Of a stretch of 52,136 nucleotides of DNA, positions 43,314-51,287 are shown in pieces. This DNA is from an uncultured Desulfobacteraceae bacterium. GTDB lineage: Bacteria > Desulfobacterota > Desulfobacteria > Desulfobacterales > JAABSP01. The stretch spans positions 1 to 52,136 of the forward strand of contig CAYPCE010000002.1 in assembly GCA_964409085.1 (NCBI GenBank), read 5' to 3'. Both the position numbers and the translations under genes were made by a program. Position 1 is the stretch's first letter. The number at the start of each line of letters is the position of its first letter. Below the pieces are notes generated by a model that was not told the origin of the DNA, ran no database searches, and worked only from the letters and a program-made list of their open reading frames with translations.

Positions 43314-43587
43314 GATTACATAAACTATTATATGTAATCCATTCAAAATGGGTTGTCAATCGATTTTTTGACGGAACGGTTCGGGCATCTGCCGATAATG
43401 GACATACCGAACACCCGGAAACGTCCGGAATTCCGCCGCCAGGCGGCGCCTGGAGAACTCGGGGATGAACCGCCTGAAGGCGGAGCTCCCAACCGGGGGG
43501 CGTCAAGCCGGTTGATTTACACGGCGCCATGGTGTAGGGTCGTGCGCCGGTAGGGAACGAAGAAAGAAGGGGAGATCTCGGCTGAAG

Positions 43588-44289
43588 ATGACAAGGGACC
43601 CGAAACAGGACCTCCAACAGGGGCTCGTCGCCGCCTGGCCCATCTGCCTGGGCTACGCGCCCATCGGCATGGCCTTCGGCGTTATCGCCCAACAGGCGGG
43701 GCTGTCGCCCCTTCAAATCGGGCTCATGTCGGTGCTGGTATTCGCCGGCAGCGCCCAGTTCATCGCGGTCTCCATGATCGCCTCGGGCGCCGCGGCCCTC
43801 TCTATCGTGGTCACGACTTTTATCGTCAATCTCCGCCACCTGCTGATGAGTTCGGCCCTGACCCTGTTCGTGAAGAACGAAAAAAAGGGCCGGCTGGCCC
43901 TTCTGGCTTATGGCGTCACCGACGAAAGCTTCGCCGTCAACTTTTCCAAATACCGGGAGTCGCACTGGAACACCAACCGGTCCCTCACGGTCAATCACAC
44001 CGCCAACCTGGCGTGGATCGCCAGCACGGTGGCCGGGGGATACGGCGGCCAGTACATCCCGCCGGGGGCCTTTGGCACCGACTACGCCCTCATCGCCATG
44101 TTCATCTGCCTGCTGGTCTTCCAGCTCAACGGCGCCCGGTATGTCATCGCCGCGCTCCTGGCCGCCGGCCTCTCGGTGGGGATGGCGATGGTTCTCCCCG
44201 GCAACATCCACATCGTCCTTGCGTCCATCCTGGCCGCCGCCCTGGGCGTGGTTATCCAGCGTCGGCACGCCCGGAAAGGGCCGTCATGA
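43588..44289 (+). CDS. azlC: AzlC-family branched-chain amino acid transport protein
   Basis: ...PICLGYAPIGMAFGVIAQQAGLSPLQIGLMSVLVFAGSAQF...NLRHLLMS... AzlC pattern. 233 aa. The antisense 330-aa ORF (43276-44268) was rejected. Confidence 0.85.
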   Translation: MTRDPKQDLQQGLVAAWPICLGYAPIGMAFGVIAQQAGLSPLQIGLMSVLVFAGSAQFIAVSMIASGAAALSIVVTTFIVNLRHLLMSSALTLFVKNEKKGRLALLAYGVTDESFAVNFSKYRESHWNTNRSLTVNHTANLAWIASTVAGGYGGQYIPPGAFGTDYALIAMFICLLVFQLNGARYVIAALLAAGLSVGMAMVLPGNIHIVLASILAAALGVVIQRRHARKGPS

Positions 44290-44609
44290 CGGATTCAGCA
44301 TACCTTCTCCTGCTGGCGGGCATGGGGCTGGTCACCTATCTGCCCCGATGGCTGCCCCTGGTCTTCCTCTCCGGACGGTCCCTGCCGCCCGTGGTGGCGG
44401 AATGGCTCGACCTCATCCCGGCGGCGATCCTCAGCGCGCTGCTGGCCCCGGATCTGCTCACGGCCGGACCCGACCGCCACCTGAGCTTACTCCAGCCGGA
44501 ACTCTGGGTGGCCCTGCCCACCTTCCTCTTCGCGCTCAAGACCCGCTCCCTCGGGGGAACGGTGGTGGTGGGGATGGCGCTTTTCTGGCTGACCGGGAAG
44601 CTCCTTTAA
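44286..44609 (+). CDS. azlD: AzlD-family branched-chain amino acid transport protein
   Basis: MTDSAYLLLLAGMGLVTYLPRWLPLVF... 107 aa with four hydrophobic helices. The ATG overlaps the azlC stop (ATGA). Confidence 0.8.
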   Translation: MTDSAYLLLLAGMGLVTYLPRWLPLVFLSGRSLPPVVAEWLDLIPAAILSALLAPDLLTAGPDRHLSLLQPELWVALPTFLFALKTRSLGGTVVVGMALFWLTGKLL

Positions 44610-45004
44610 TGGGCGCCGCAGCCGCAACCGCATCCCTCTTCGCCGCCGCACTGGCTCATGAGGGCCATGGCCTGGACCACTTCGCGGCTGTCGGCCGGGG
44701 CCACCGTATCCACACGGGCCGTCACATAAAAGGTCCCCGTCGCTTTTGACATGGGCGGCAGGCGCCCGTTCAGGTGGCAGAAAGTCTTGGCCATCTCCCC
44801 GGGGGCTACCGGCACCTGAACGGCGTCGCCGGGCGATTTCCCCGCCAGGCTGTATTCAAATGGCGTCAGTCCCTCGACCCCCAGACCGAAAATGAAATCC
44901 ATGGCGGCCGGCCCGCCGGTCAGGTCGGATTTCCCCGGGCGGCTTCCGGCCGATACTGTTACGCCGACTTTTTTCAGGGCCTCCACTGTATCCGTCGTGG
45001 TCAT
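44606..45004 (-). CDS. Small protein with an FKBP/SlyD-like core segment and a C-terminal Cys-Gly metal-binding-type tail (...QCGGEEGCGCGCGAH)
   Basis: 132 aa. FIFGLGVEGLTPFEYSLAGKSPGDAVQVPVAPGEM loosely resembles the FKBP G-x-G-x-hhPGhE-x-L-x-G motif. The tail resembles the Cys/His/Gly-rich tail of SlyD. Family assignment is tentative. Confidence 0.4.
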   Translation of the reverse strand: MTTTDTVEALKKVGVTVSAGSRPGKSDLTGGPAAMDFIFGLGVEGLTPFEYSLAGKSPGDAVQVPVAPGEMAKTFCHLNGRLPPMSKATGTFYVTARVDTVAPADSREVVQAMALMSQCGGEEGCGCGCGAH

Positions 45005-45075
45005 GGTGTTCCTTTCATCGTTTCGGTGTTATGCTGGCTGAACATTTCCTGAAGATAACGATTTTCCGTTTTTTT

Positions 45076-47784
45076 TCAAGAGGCGGCGAACTGGCGGTAC
45101 CGGGAATCGAGGACGACAACCCGTCCCCGGTCGGTGTGGCAGCGGATGAGGCGGCCGATGCCCTGGCGGAGCTTGATCTCGGTCTCGTACCGGTACCGGT
45201 TCCAGAACTCGGAGGCCGGGAGCATGCCTTTCCGGGCGGCCTGGATGGGGTCGGCGGGGGAGGGATAGGGGATCCTGGTGATGATCACCTGGGTCAGGGT
45301 GTCGCCCCGGAAATCGACCCCGTACCAGAAGGTATCCACGCCGAAGAGGACGCTCTCCTTGACGGTTCGGAAGGCGTCGCACAGCGGCAAAGTCGGCATA
45401 CCGCGCTGCTGGACCAGCAACGGGTACCGGGCCCCGTCGATGGCCCCGGCGACCTGGGGTACCACGGCTTCCAGGTCGGCATAGCTGGCGAACAGCACCA
45501 GGGTCCGGCCGCCGTTTTCAGCGATCAACGCCGGAATCAGGTCCGAGACGGCCGCGGTCCACTGCGTTTTATTGCCGTATTTCCCGCTGACCGCCTCCTT
45601 GGGTACCAGGAGGGTCATCTGATCGGCTGAAAACGGTGACGGGATAATCCGGAATCGGAACCGCTCCTCACCGGTAGAGGCGTCGATGGGCCCGGCGGCC
45701 CCGTCGATGCCGACGATGGACCGGAAGGCCCGGAAGCTGCCGCCGTGACAGAGGGTGGCCGCGGTGAAAACGACGGCGTCCTTGTCGTCGTAGATGTGGC
45801 GGGATATGAGGCCGCCCACTTCCACCGACTGGCTCAGGAGGGACCAGTTCCGGCTGAAGAGGCGGCAGGCCGATACCCGGTTGTCCGCGTCCAGGCAGTT
45901 CCGGATCTCCCGGACCGCCTCCATCGATTCCGCCGCCTGGGCCAGGACGGTCCTGATCCGCTGGACGGTCCGTTCCTGGATCTTGAGGAGGCGGCAGAAG
46001 TCCGGGTCCCGGATCCACTTCATCCGTTTCCCGATGCTTTCCAGAGGGGACAGCACCGCGTCCAGCCGGCCCTTGACGGCATCGGCCCCGAACCCCGGAT
46101 CGTCGGCCCGCAGCTCGGCCATGGTCCCGGGACCCGCCTGGGGATAGCGCTTTTCCAGGTCCGCCCGGACCGCGCTCAGGACCTCCCGGAGATCGGCCAT
46201 GGCCTTCAGGGCCTTGGCGATGTCGCCGGCGGTCTTTCCGGCGGCCCGGCGGGCGATGGGCCGGAGGGCCCGCTCCAACCGGCGGACGGCCTCCAGGATC
46301 TCCCGGGACCCCACCTCCACGGTGTAGGCGTTCCGGACCGCGGCCTCGAAATGGTTGGCCTCGTCGATGATGTAATTCCGAAACAGCCCTGACAGGACCG
46401 GATCGTTGTCCATGAGGGCCAGCTTGTGGTGGTTGGTGACCACCAGCCGGGCCGTGGCCGCCTCGGCTGTCACCACCTGGGCCGGGCACCGGTTGTGGCG
46501 GGGCGGACATCCGCTGCGGGCCGAAACCTCGTTGCGCATGATCGCCAGATGCGGATCGAGATGCCGCTTGACCCGGTCGCCGGCGGCATCGGCTTCGGCC
46601 GTGCGGAAGAGAAAGGCGATGTTGAGGAGATAGAGCCACGCCAGAAGCCGGGCCCCGGTCATGCCCAGTTCGTAGAGATGGTCCAGCTTCCGGACGCAGA
46701 CGTAGCTCGACTTCCCCTTCAGGAGGGCCACCGGAATGGCGTCGTAAAGGCCGGGAAAGGCGTTTCGGGTAAAGGCCAGTTCCCGGTGGAGGATCTGCTC
46801 CTGGAGCTGCTTGGTGTAGGTGGAGATGACGACCCGGGCCTGGGGGTTCCGGCGGAGAAAGGCCAGGGCCGGAATCAGATATCCCTGGGTCTTCCCGGTG
46901 CCGGTGCCGGCCTCGATGGAAAGGACCGCGCCGTCGTTGAGGGCGTCGGCCACATGACCGGCATAGTCGAGCTGAACCTGGCGAAACACGTACTCTCGGT
47001 CTCCCCTGGCCAGCCCTTTGAAAAGGGATGCCAGTTCCTCGCGTTCGACCTTCCGGAAAGCGCCGCCATCCGGCGTTTTTCGGGGGACCGGCGCCGCCTT
47101 TTCCAGAAACCGGTACCAGCCTTCGGCATCCGGCAGGGAACAGGGGGTGAAAAGGCCGCCGAAATAGGATCGAAACTCGCGGGCCAGGTGGGTGAACACA
47201 TCGCCGAAAAGGGTTTCGCTGTGGCCCAGGAAAAACCGGAGGGCCGGTGCCTTGGGGTTGAGGCCATCATTGAGGATCGTCCCGCCGATGTGGCGCGCCA
47301 GGTCCCTGCCCAGGGCCGCCATTTCCCGGGCGGAAAAGCCGATCCGGTCCCGCTCCTTTCCGGTCAGATGTTCCCAGATCCGCCGGGGCGTGTGGGACGG
47401 CAAATCGGGCAGGAAATACTCCGCCGTGAAGCCGAGGTCGATGAACCGGGCCCCGGAAAACCGTTCCCGGACCACCGGCAGCGCCCCGGACAGATCGAAC
47501 AAGAAAACACACGAGACGCCGGCCAGAAAATCCTCCAGATCCCGCCAAGCCGCTTCCGGGGACGATCCCTTGCCGACGGCCGAGGCGGACAGCCCCGACC
47601 GGTGCCGGTCCCGCTCCGTAAAATGGGCGTACCGGACGACGGCATGACGGGTCCGCTCGCCGCCCCCGGGGTCCAGCCGGATGGCGGCCATCTCGTAAAC
47701 CCGGTTGCCGCGGTCCGCCCGGACCCCGCAATGGACATGGAGGAATCCGACGTCGCCGATTTCGTGTCCATGGGACGTCAGCAT
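45076..47784 (-). CDS. dinG: DinG/Rad3(XPD)-family ATP-dependent DNA helicase with a degenerate N-terminal DnaQ-like domain
   Basis: Walker A AGTGTGKTQGYL, a Cys cluster between motifs I and II (YVC...GCPPRHNRCP), DEANHFE (DEAH-like box), and the C-terminal HELICc2 end ...GRLIRCHTDRGRVVVLDSR. The N-terminal ~190 aa have the length and position of an exonuclease domain but no DxE motif. Confidence 0.8.
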   Translation of the reverse strand: MLTSHGHEIGDVGFLHVHCGVRADRGNRVYEMAAIRLDPGGGERTRHAVVRYAHFTERDRHRSGLSASAVGKGSSPEAAWRDLEDFLAGVSCVFLFDLSGALPVVRERFSGARFIDLGFTAEYFLPDLPSHTPRRIWEHLTGKERDRIGFSAREMAALGRDLARHIGGTILNDGLNPKAPALRFFLGHSETLFGDVFTHLAREFRSYFGGLFTPCSLPDAEGWYRFLEKAAPVPRKTPDGGAFRKVEREELASLFKGLARGDREYVFRQVQLDYAGHVADALNDGAVLSIEAGTGTGKTQGYLIPALAFLRRNPQARVVISTYTKQLQEQILHRELAFTRNAFPGLYDAIPVALLKGKSSYVCVRKLDHLYELGMTGARLLAWLYLLNIAFLFRTAEADAAGDRVKRHLDPHLAIMRNEVSARSGCPPRHNRCPAQVVTAEAATARLVVTNHHKLALMDNDPVLSGLFRNYIIDEANHFEAAVRNAYTVEVGSREILEAVRRLERALRPIARRAAGKTAGDIAKALKAMADLREVLSAVRADLEKRYPQAGPGTMAELRADDPGFGADAVKGRLDAVLSPLESIGKRMKWIRDPDFCRLLKIQERTVQRIRTVLAQAAESMEAVREIRNCLDADNRVSACRLFSRNWSLLSQSVEVGGLISRHIYDDKDAVVFTAATLCHGGSFRAFRSIVGIDGAAGPIDASTGEERFRFRIIPSPFSADQMTLLVPKEAVSGKYGNKTQWTAAVSDLIPALIAENGGRTLVLFASYADLEAVVPQVAGAIDGARYPLLVQQRGMPTLPLCDAFRTVKESVLFGVDTFWYGVDFRGDTLTQVIITRIPYPSPADPIQAARKGMLPASEFWNRYRYETEIKLRQGIGRLIRCHTDRGRVVVLDSRYRQFAAS

Positions 47785-47848
47785 CCCCGCCCCCTTGCAC
47801 CGCCCGGTGCGGCACGGACGTTACCCGGCATACGCCCTCGACACCCCG

Positions 47849-49888
47849 CTACTTTGGAAACGACGCGATGCTTCCCATGGCGTCGACGGTATACACGGTT
47901 TTCCCTTTTTCATGGTAGGAGGTGATCTTCAGGGTATCCCATCCCCCGTCCTCGATGGTCAGCACCACCCCTTCGGTGGGATAGTACCCGACCTCCTTCA
48001 AATTCTCCATGGTAACGGTGGCCGCCGGATAATCGGTAAAATAGGCCTGGGCCGCCGTGTACGCATTTTTGATGTCCGCATTGGCTGCGGCGTCATAAGA
48101 CCGGGTCCGGTATTCGATGAAGTTGGGGATGGCGATGGCCGCCAACACACCGGCCGCGGCGACGGTCGCGGACGCGTCCTGGGCCATGAGAAATTCCAGG
48201 GGATTGTTTTCAAACGTGAAAGAAAGGGACACGACCGGATCGGCCCAGGTGAACTGGAAGCCGTAAGCCCCTTCCGTCGGCAGATCGGCCTCCCGGGCGG
48301 ACGGCAGGCTGAAAAGATCGACGGGGCGTTCGGCGATGTCGCCCAGGAGGGTGATCCACTGAAGGTAGGCGGAATAGATCTTCGAGGGCGTCCCCGATAG
48401 CCGGGTTGACAGGTTGATCACGGCATGGCGCGCATCATGGGTTCCGTCAATCCACGGTCCGATCGAGACCCGTTCCTGGGAATCCGCCCGGTCGAAAAGC
48501 ACCTGGGGCGCCGATGCAAACACCAGATACCCGTCGTCTTCCGTCCAGAAAAGATGGGTTTTGACGGCATTAAGAATGCCGAACATCAGGCGTTCAGCGG
48601 GATCGGTTCTTTCCGCGTCATCCACCTGGGACCACATGGAGGGCAGGCTGAGATGCCGGAACCGCTTCCCGTCCCGCTCATGGATCGCCAGGGAAGCGTT
48701 CGGGCGATCGGATATGGTTTCTAAAAGGCGGTCCAGTTTTTCCCGGTTCCCGATCTCCACGGCGACAAACGTATCGATCTTGTCGGTAAACACAACCATT
48801 TCGGGTCCGACCGCGTCCAGGACATCGGCCAAGGACATTTTTACATGTTCCCGGCAGACGGCGTCCAGTCGCCGGAGCGCCGCGGGCAGCTCCGGGATCC
48901 CTTCCTTCTCCCCGATGGTGTTGAGCGCATCGGCGATCCGCCGCAGGGGCAGGGATACCGTGAAAACAGTTTCCGGCACGCCCGAAGCCCACAGATCGAA
49001 ATCGTTTTCGATGTCCGGGAAAAGGGTCCGGTAGCCCGCTTTGGGCGCATCGATGCTCAGTTCCAGGCGGCCCTTGCCTTTGCTCACCCCCCATCCCAGG
49101 GCGATCCCGCGAATCGTCGTCAGCCCCCATTTTTTCATGACATCGAGATCGGGATGCGTCATGGACCCCGTCATAAAAGGCATGATTTTCGCCACATTGA
49201 TCCACGCGAAAACCCCCTGTCGGCTTTCGTCGATGCGGTTTTCGAACGGATACATGGGATGGGCCTCCACCGGCGCCAACCCGGCGATGCGTTCCTTGAA
49301 CGCCGCCTCGTTGACGGTCATTCCGGCCATCGCCGTCAGGGAGGTCCCCTCCGGATCATAGTGCAGGAAAACCGGCAATCCATTCGTCCCCAGCGTGGCA
49401 TACCCTTCCGGGCTCACCGGGCCCATGAGGGTCAATTCGGAACTCTTTTCTACAAGGCCGGTCAAAAACGTCCTGAACCCCTCCAGGGAATCGATGGACA
49501 GCCGCGCCGACATCAGGAGTGTCCCCATCTGGGGCGACCCGTTCTCGGGAATCTCCAAAGCCATTTCGATGGGGGACGCCAGTTTGAGAACCCCCAACTC
49601 GATCAACGGAGCCCACTGCGGGTCGGCCAAATCCAGAAACCGGCTGCCCATGGATTGTTTGAGCGCGTCGATCATTCGCACATGGTCTTCGTCTTTCAGC
49701 ACATCGTTCAGAACATCGCCCTTCGGTTTCGACATGAACCCCCACAGGTCCGGAATGCGGATATACCCCACCGCATCCGCCGGAAGGATCTGCCTCAACC
49801 GGGGTTCCGGGGAGACCTTCCCATCCGCCGGGGGGATCAAAATCATCAGACTCAGACAGCAAACAAGCCAAAAACGTTCTAACTGCAT
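47849..49888 (-). CDS. Secreted ~570-aa protein of unknown family fused C-terminally to a leaderless type IV pilin-like domain
   Basis: Start MQLERFWLVCCLSLMILIPPADG (ATG 49888, AAGGAGG with a 5-nt spacer). The last 106 aa (nt 47852-48169) read ATVAAAGVLAAIAIPNFIEYRTRSYDAAANADIKNAYTAAQAYF..., which is the distal part of a type IVa pilin alpha-1 helix plus a small globular head. The G|FTLIE prepilin cleavage/methylation motif is absent. Confidence 0.7.
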   Translation of the reverse strand: MQLERFWLVCCLSLMILIPPADGKVSPEPRLRQILPADAVGYIRIPDLWGFMSKPKGDVLNDVLKDEDHVRMIDALKQSMGSRFLDLADPQWAPLIELGVLKLASPIEMALEIPENGSPQMGTLLMSARLSIDSLEGFRTFLTGLVEKSSELTLMGPVSPEGYATLGTNGLPVFLHYDPEGTSLTAMAGMTVNEAAFKERIAGLAPVEAHPMYPFENRIDESRQGVFAWINVAKIMPFMTGSMTHPDLDVMKKWGLTTIRGIALGWGVSKGKGRLELSIDAPKAGYRTLFPDIENDFDLWASGVPETVFTVSLPLRRIADALNTIGEKEGIPELPAALRRLDAVCREHVKMSLADVLDAVGPEMVVFTDKIDTFVAVEIGNREKLDRLLETISDRPNASLAIHERDGKRFRHLSLPSMWSQVDDAERTDPAERLMFGILNAVKTHLFWTEDDGYLVFASAPQVLFDRADSQERVSIGPWIDGTHDARHAVINLSTRLSGTPSKIYSAYLQWITLLGDIAERPVDLFSLPSAREADLPTEGAYGFQFTWADPVVSLSFTFENNPLEFLMAQDASATVAAAGVLAAIAIPNFIEYRTRSYDAAANADIKNAYTAAQAYFTDYPAATVTMENLKEVGYYPTEGVVLTIEDGGWDTLKITSYHEKGKTVYTVDAMGSIASFPK

Positions 49889-49953
49889 GGCGTCCTCCTT
49901 GGGTTGTGGATAGGGTGCCCGCCACGGCGGGCCCATAGACCGATCATCTGCCC

Positions 49954-49982
49954 AGAGTAGCCAATTTTAGACGACCTGACAA
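49954..49982 (-). promoter_or_regulatory. Candidate sigma70 promoter for the pilin-fusion gene
   Basis: Minus strand: TTGTCA (49982-49977), a 17-nt spacer, TACTCT (49959-49954), about 60 nt upstream of the ATG. Confidence 0.35.
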
Positions 49983-50048
49983 CACAAACCCTCGCTTCAT
50001 CGGAAAAAAATGCATCCCTGGAGGGCGGTTCGGGTACCGTGATTGGCG

Positions 50049-50077
50049 TTGACAAAAAGCGGGGAGGGTCCTATTCT
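50049..50077 (+). promoter_or_regulatory. Candidate sigma70 promoter for the FmdB-like and macro-domain genes
   Basis: TTGACA (50049-50054), a 17-nt spacer, TATTCT (50072-50077), about 40 nt upstream of the ATG at 50118. Confidence 0.5.
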
Positions 50078-50117
50078 TTTACTCAAAAATTTCGACTTAT
50101 TGAGGAGATCAACGGCC

Positions 50118-50609
50118 ATGCCCATTTATGAATTTTACTGTTCGGACTGCCATACCATTTTCAACTTCTTCTCAAAAACCGTCAACACCGAAAAGATCCC
50201 GCCCTGCCCCAAATGCGACAACCCGTCCCTGAGCCGCCAGGTGTCCATGTTCGCCGTCACCGGCCGGGCCAAGGAGACGGGGGACGACGACCTGCCCTTC
50301 GACGAATCCAAAATGGAGCAGGCCATGCACGTTCTGGAACGGGAAGCGGGCAACATCGACGAAAACGACCCCCGGCAGGCGGCCAACCTGATGCGGAAAC
50401 TGTCGGACATGACCGGCATCCAGCTCGGGGGCGGCATGGAAGAGGCCCTGGCGCGGATGGAAAGGGGCGAGGACCCGGACGCCATCGAAGAGGAGATGGG
50501 CGACCTGCTGGAGTCCGAAGATCCCTTCATCCTGCCGGGGAAGAAAGGGCGGGCGGCCCGGGTCCGCAAAGCGGCCCCTTTCCGGGATGAAACGCTCTAC
50601 GACCTGTAA
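50118..50609 (+). CDS. FmdB-family zinc-ribbon protein (CxxC...CxxC) with a long acidic tail
   Basis: MPIYEFYCSDCHTIFNFFSK....PPCPKCDN is the canonical FmdB N-terminus. Start re-placed at ATG 50118 (GAGGAG upstream). 163 aa. Confidence 0.8.
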   Translation: MPIYEFYCSDCHTIFNFFSKTVNTEKIPPCPKCDNPSLSRQVSMFAVTGRAKETGDDDLPFDESKMEQAMHVLEREAGNIDENDPRQAANLMRKLSDMTGIQLGGGMEEALARMERGEDPDAIEEEMGDLLESEDPFILPGKKGRAARVRKAAPFRDETLYDL

Positions 50610-50639
50610 CCCCGAAACCGGGATGCAAAGGGAGGCCAG

Positions 50640-51161
50640 ATGAAAAAAGAGATCCGCAACCGCATCGAGGTGGTCCAGGGGGACATCACCCGAATGGACG
50701 TCGACGCCATCGTCAATGCCGCCAATTCCTCCCTCAGAGGGGGCGGCGGGGTGGACGGCGCCATCCACCGGGCCGCCGGCCCGGAGCTGCTGGAAGAGTG
50801 CAAGACCATCGGCGGATGCCCCACCGGCGAGGCCGTGATCACCAAAGGGTACAAGCTGCCGGCCCGGCACGTCATCCACACGGTGGGGCCGGTCTACAGC
50901 GGGAAGCCCCAGGACGCCCAACTCCTCGCCGCCTGCTACCGGAACAGCCTACAACTGGCGGTTGAAAACGGCGTCCGGACCATCGCCTTTCCGGCCATCA
51001 GTTGCGGGGTCTATGGCTATCCCGTACAGGACGCGGCCCGGATCGCCGTGAAGACCACCGCTGAATTTCTCGAATCCCACCCCGTCATCGGGAAGGTCTT
51101 CTTCGTCCAGTTTTCAGAAGATAACGATAAGGTCTTCAACGATGCCGTCGCCGCCCTCTGA
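50640..51161 (+). CDS. ymdB: Macro-domain protein (O-acetyl-ADP-ribose deacetylase, YmdB-like)
   Basis: [36 protein letters not shown]...VIHTVGP...[14 protein letters not shown] are macro-domain signatures. 173 aa. Confidence 0.9.
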   Translation: MKKEIRNRIEVVQGDITRMDVDAIVNAANSSLRGGGGVDGAIHRAAGPELLEECKTIGGCPTGEAVITKGYKLPARHVIHTVGPVYSGKPQDAQLLAACYRNSLQLAVENGVRTIAFPAISCGVYGYPVQDAARIAVKTTAEFLESHPVIGKVFFVQFSEDNDKVFNDAVAAL

Positions 51162-51205
51162 TGCGCCGGCGGGTTACCACGCGGTCGCCCGGCGGCGGCC
51201 GCGTG

Positions 51206-51233
51206 TTGACAAATCCGTCTGAATGGGTATTGT
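51206..51233 (+). promoter_or_regulatory. Candidate sigma70 promoter for the HesB-like selenoprotein gene
   Basis: TTGACA (51206-51211), a 16-nt spacer, TATTGT (51228-51233). It is immediately preceded by a 12-bp GC-rich hairpin (51178-51205). Confidence 0.5.
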
Positions 51234-51287
51234 AAGAGCAGTTCCGGCCGACGTGATCGGCCCTATTTTTTTCTCAAGGAGGAATTT

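Noticed and set aside
43354-43399. Firm promoter calls in the EF-G/azlC divergent spacer: minus strand TTGACA 43359-43354 with TACATA or CATAAT; plus strand TTGACG 43368-43373 with GATAAT 43394-43399.
   Set aside because: The -10 elements are weak or the spacers are out of range (19-21 nt on the minus strand, 20 nt on the plus strand). They are kept only as context for the leader-element finding.
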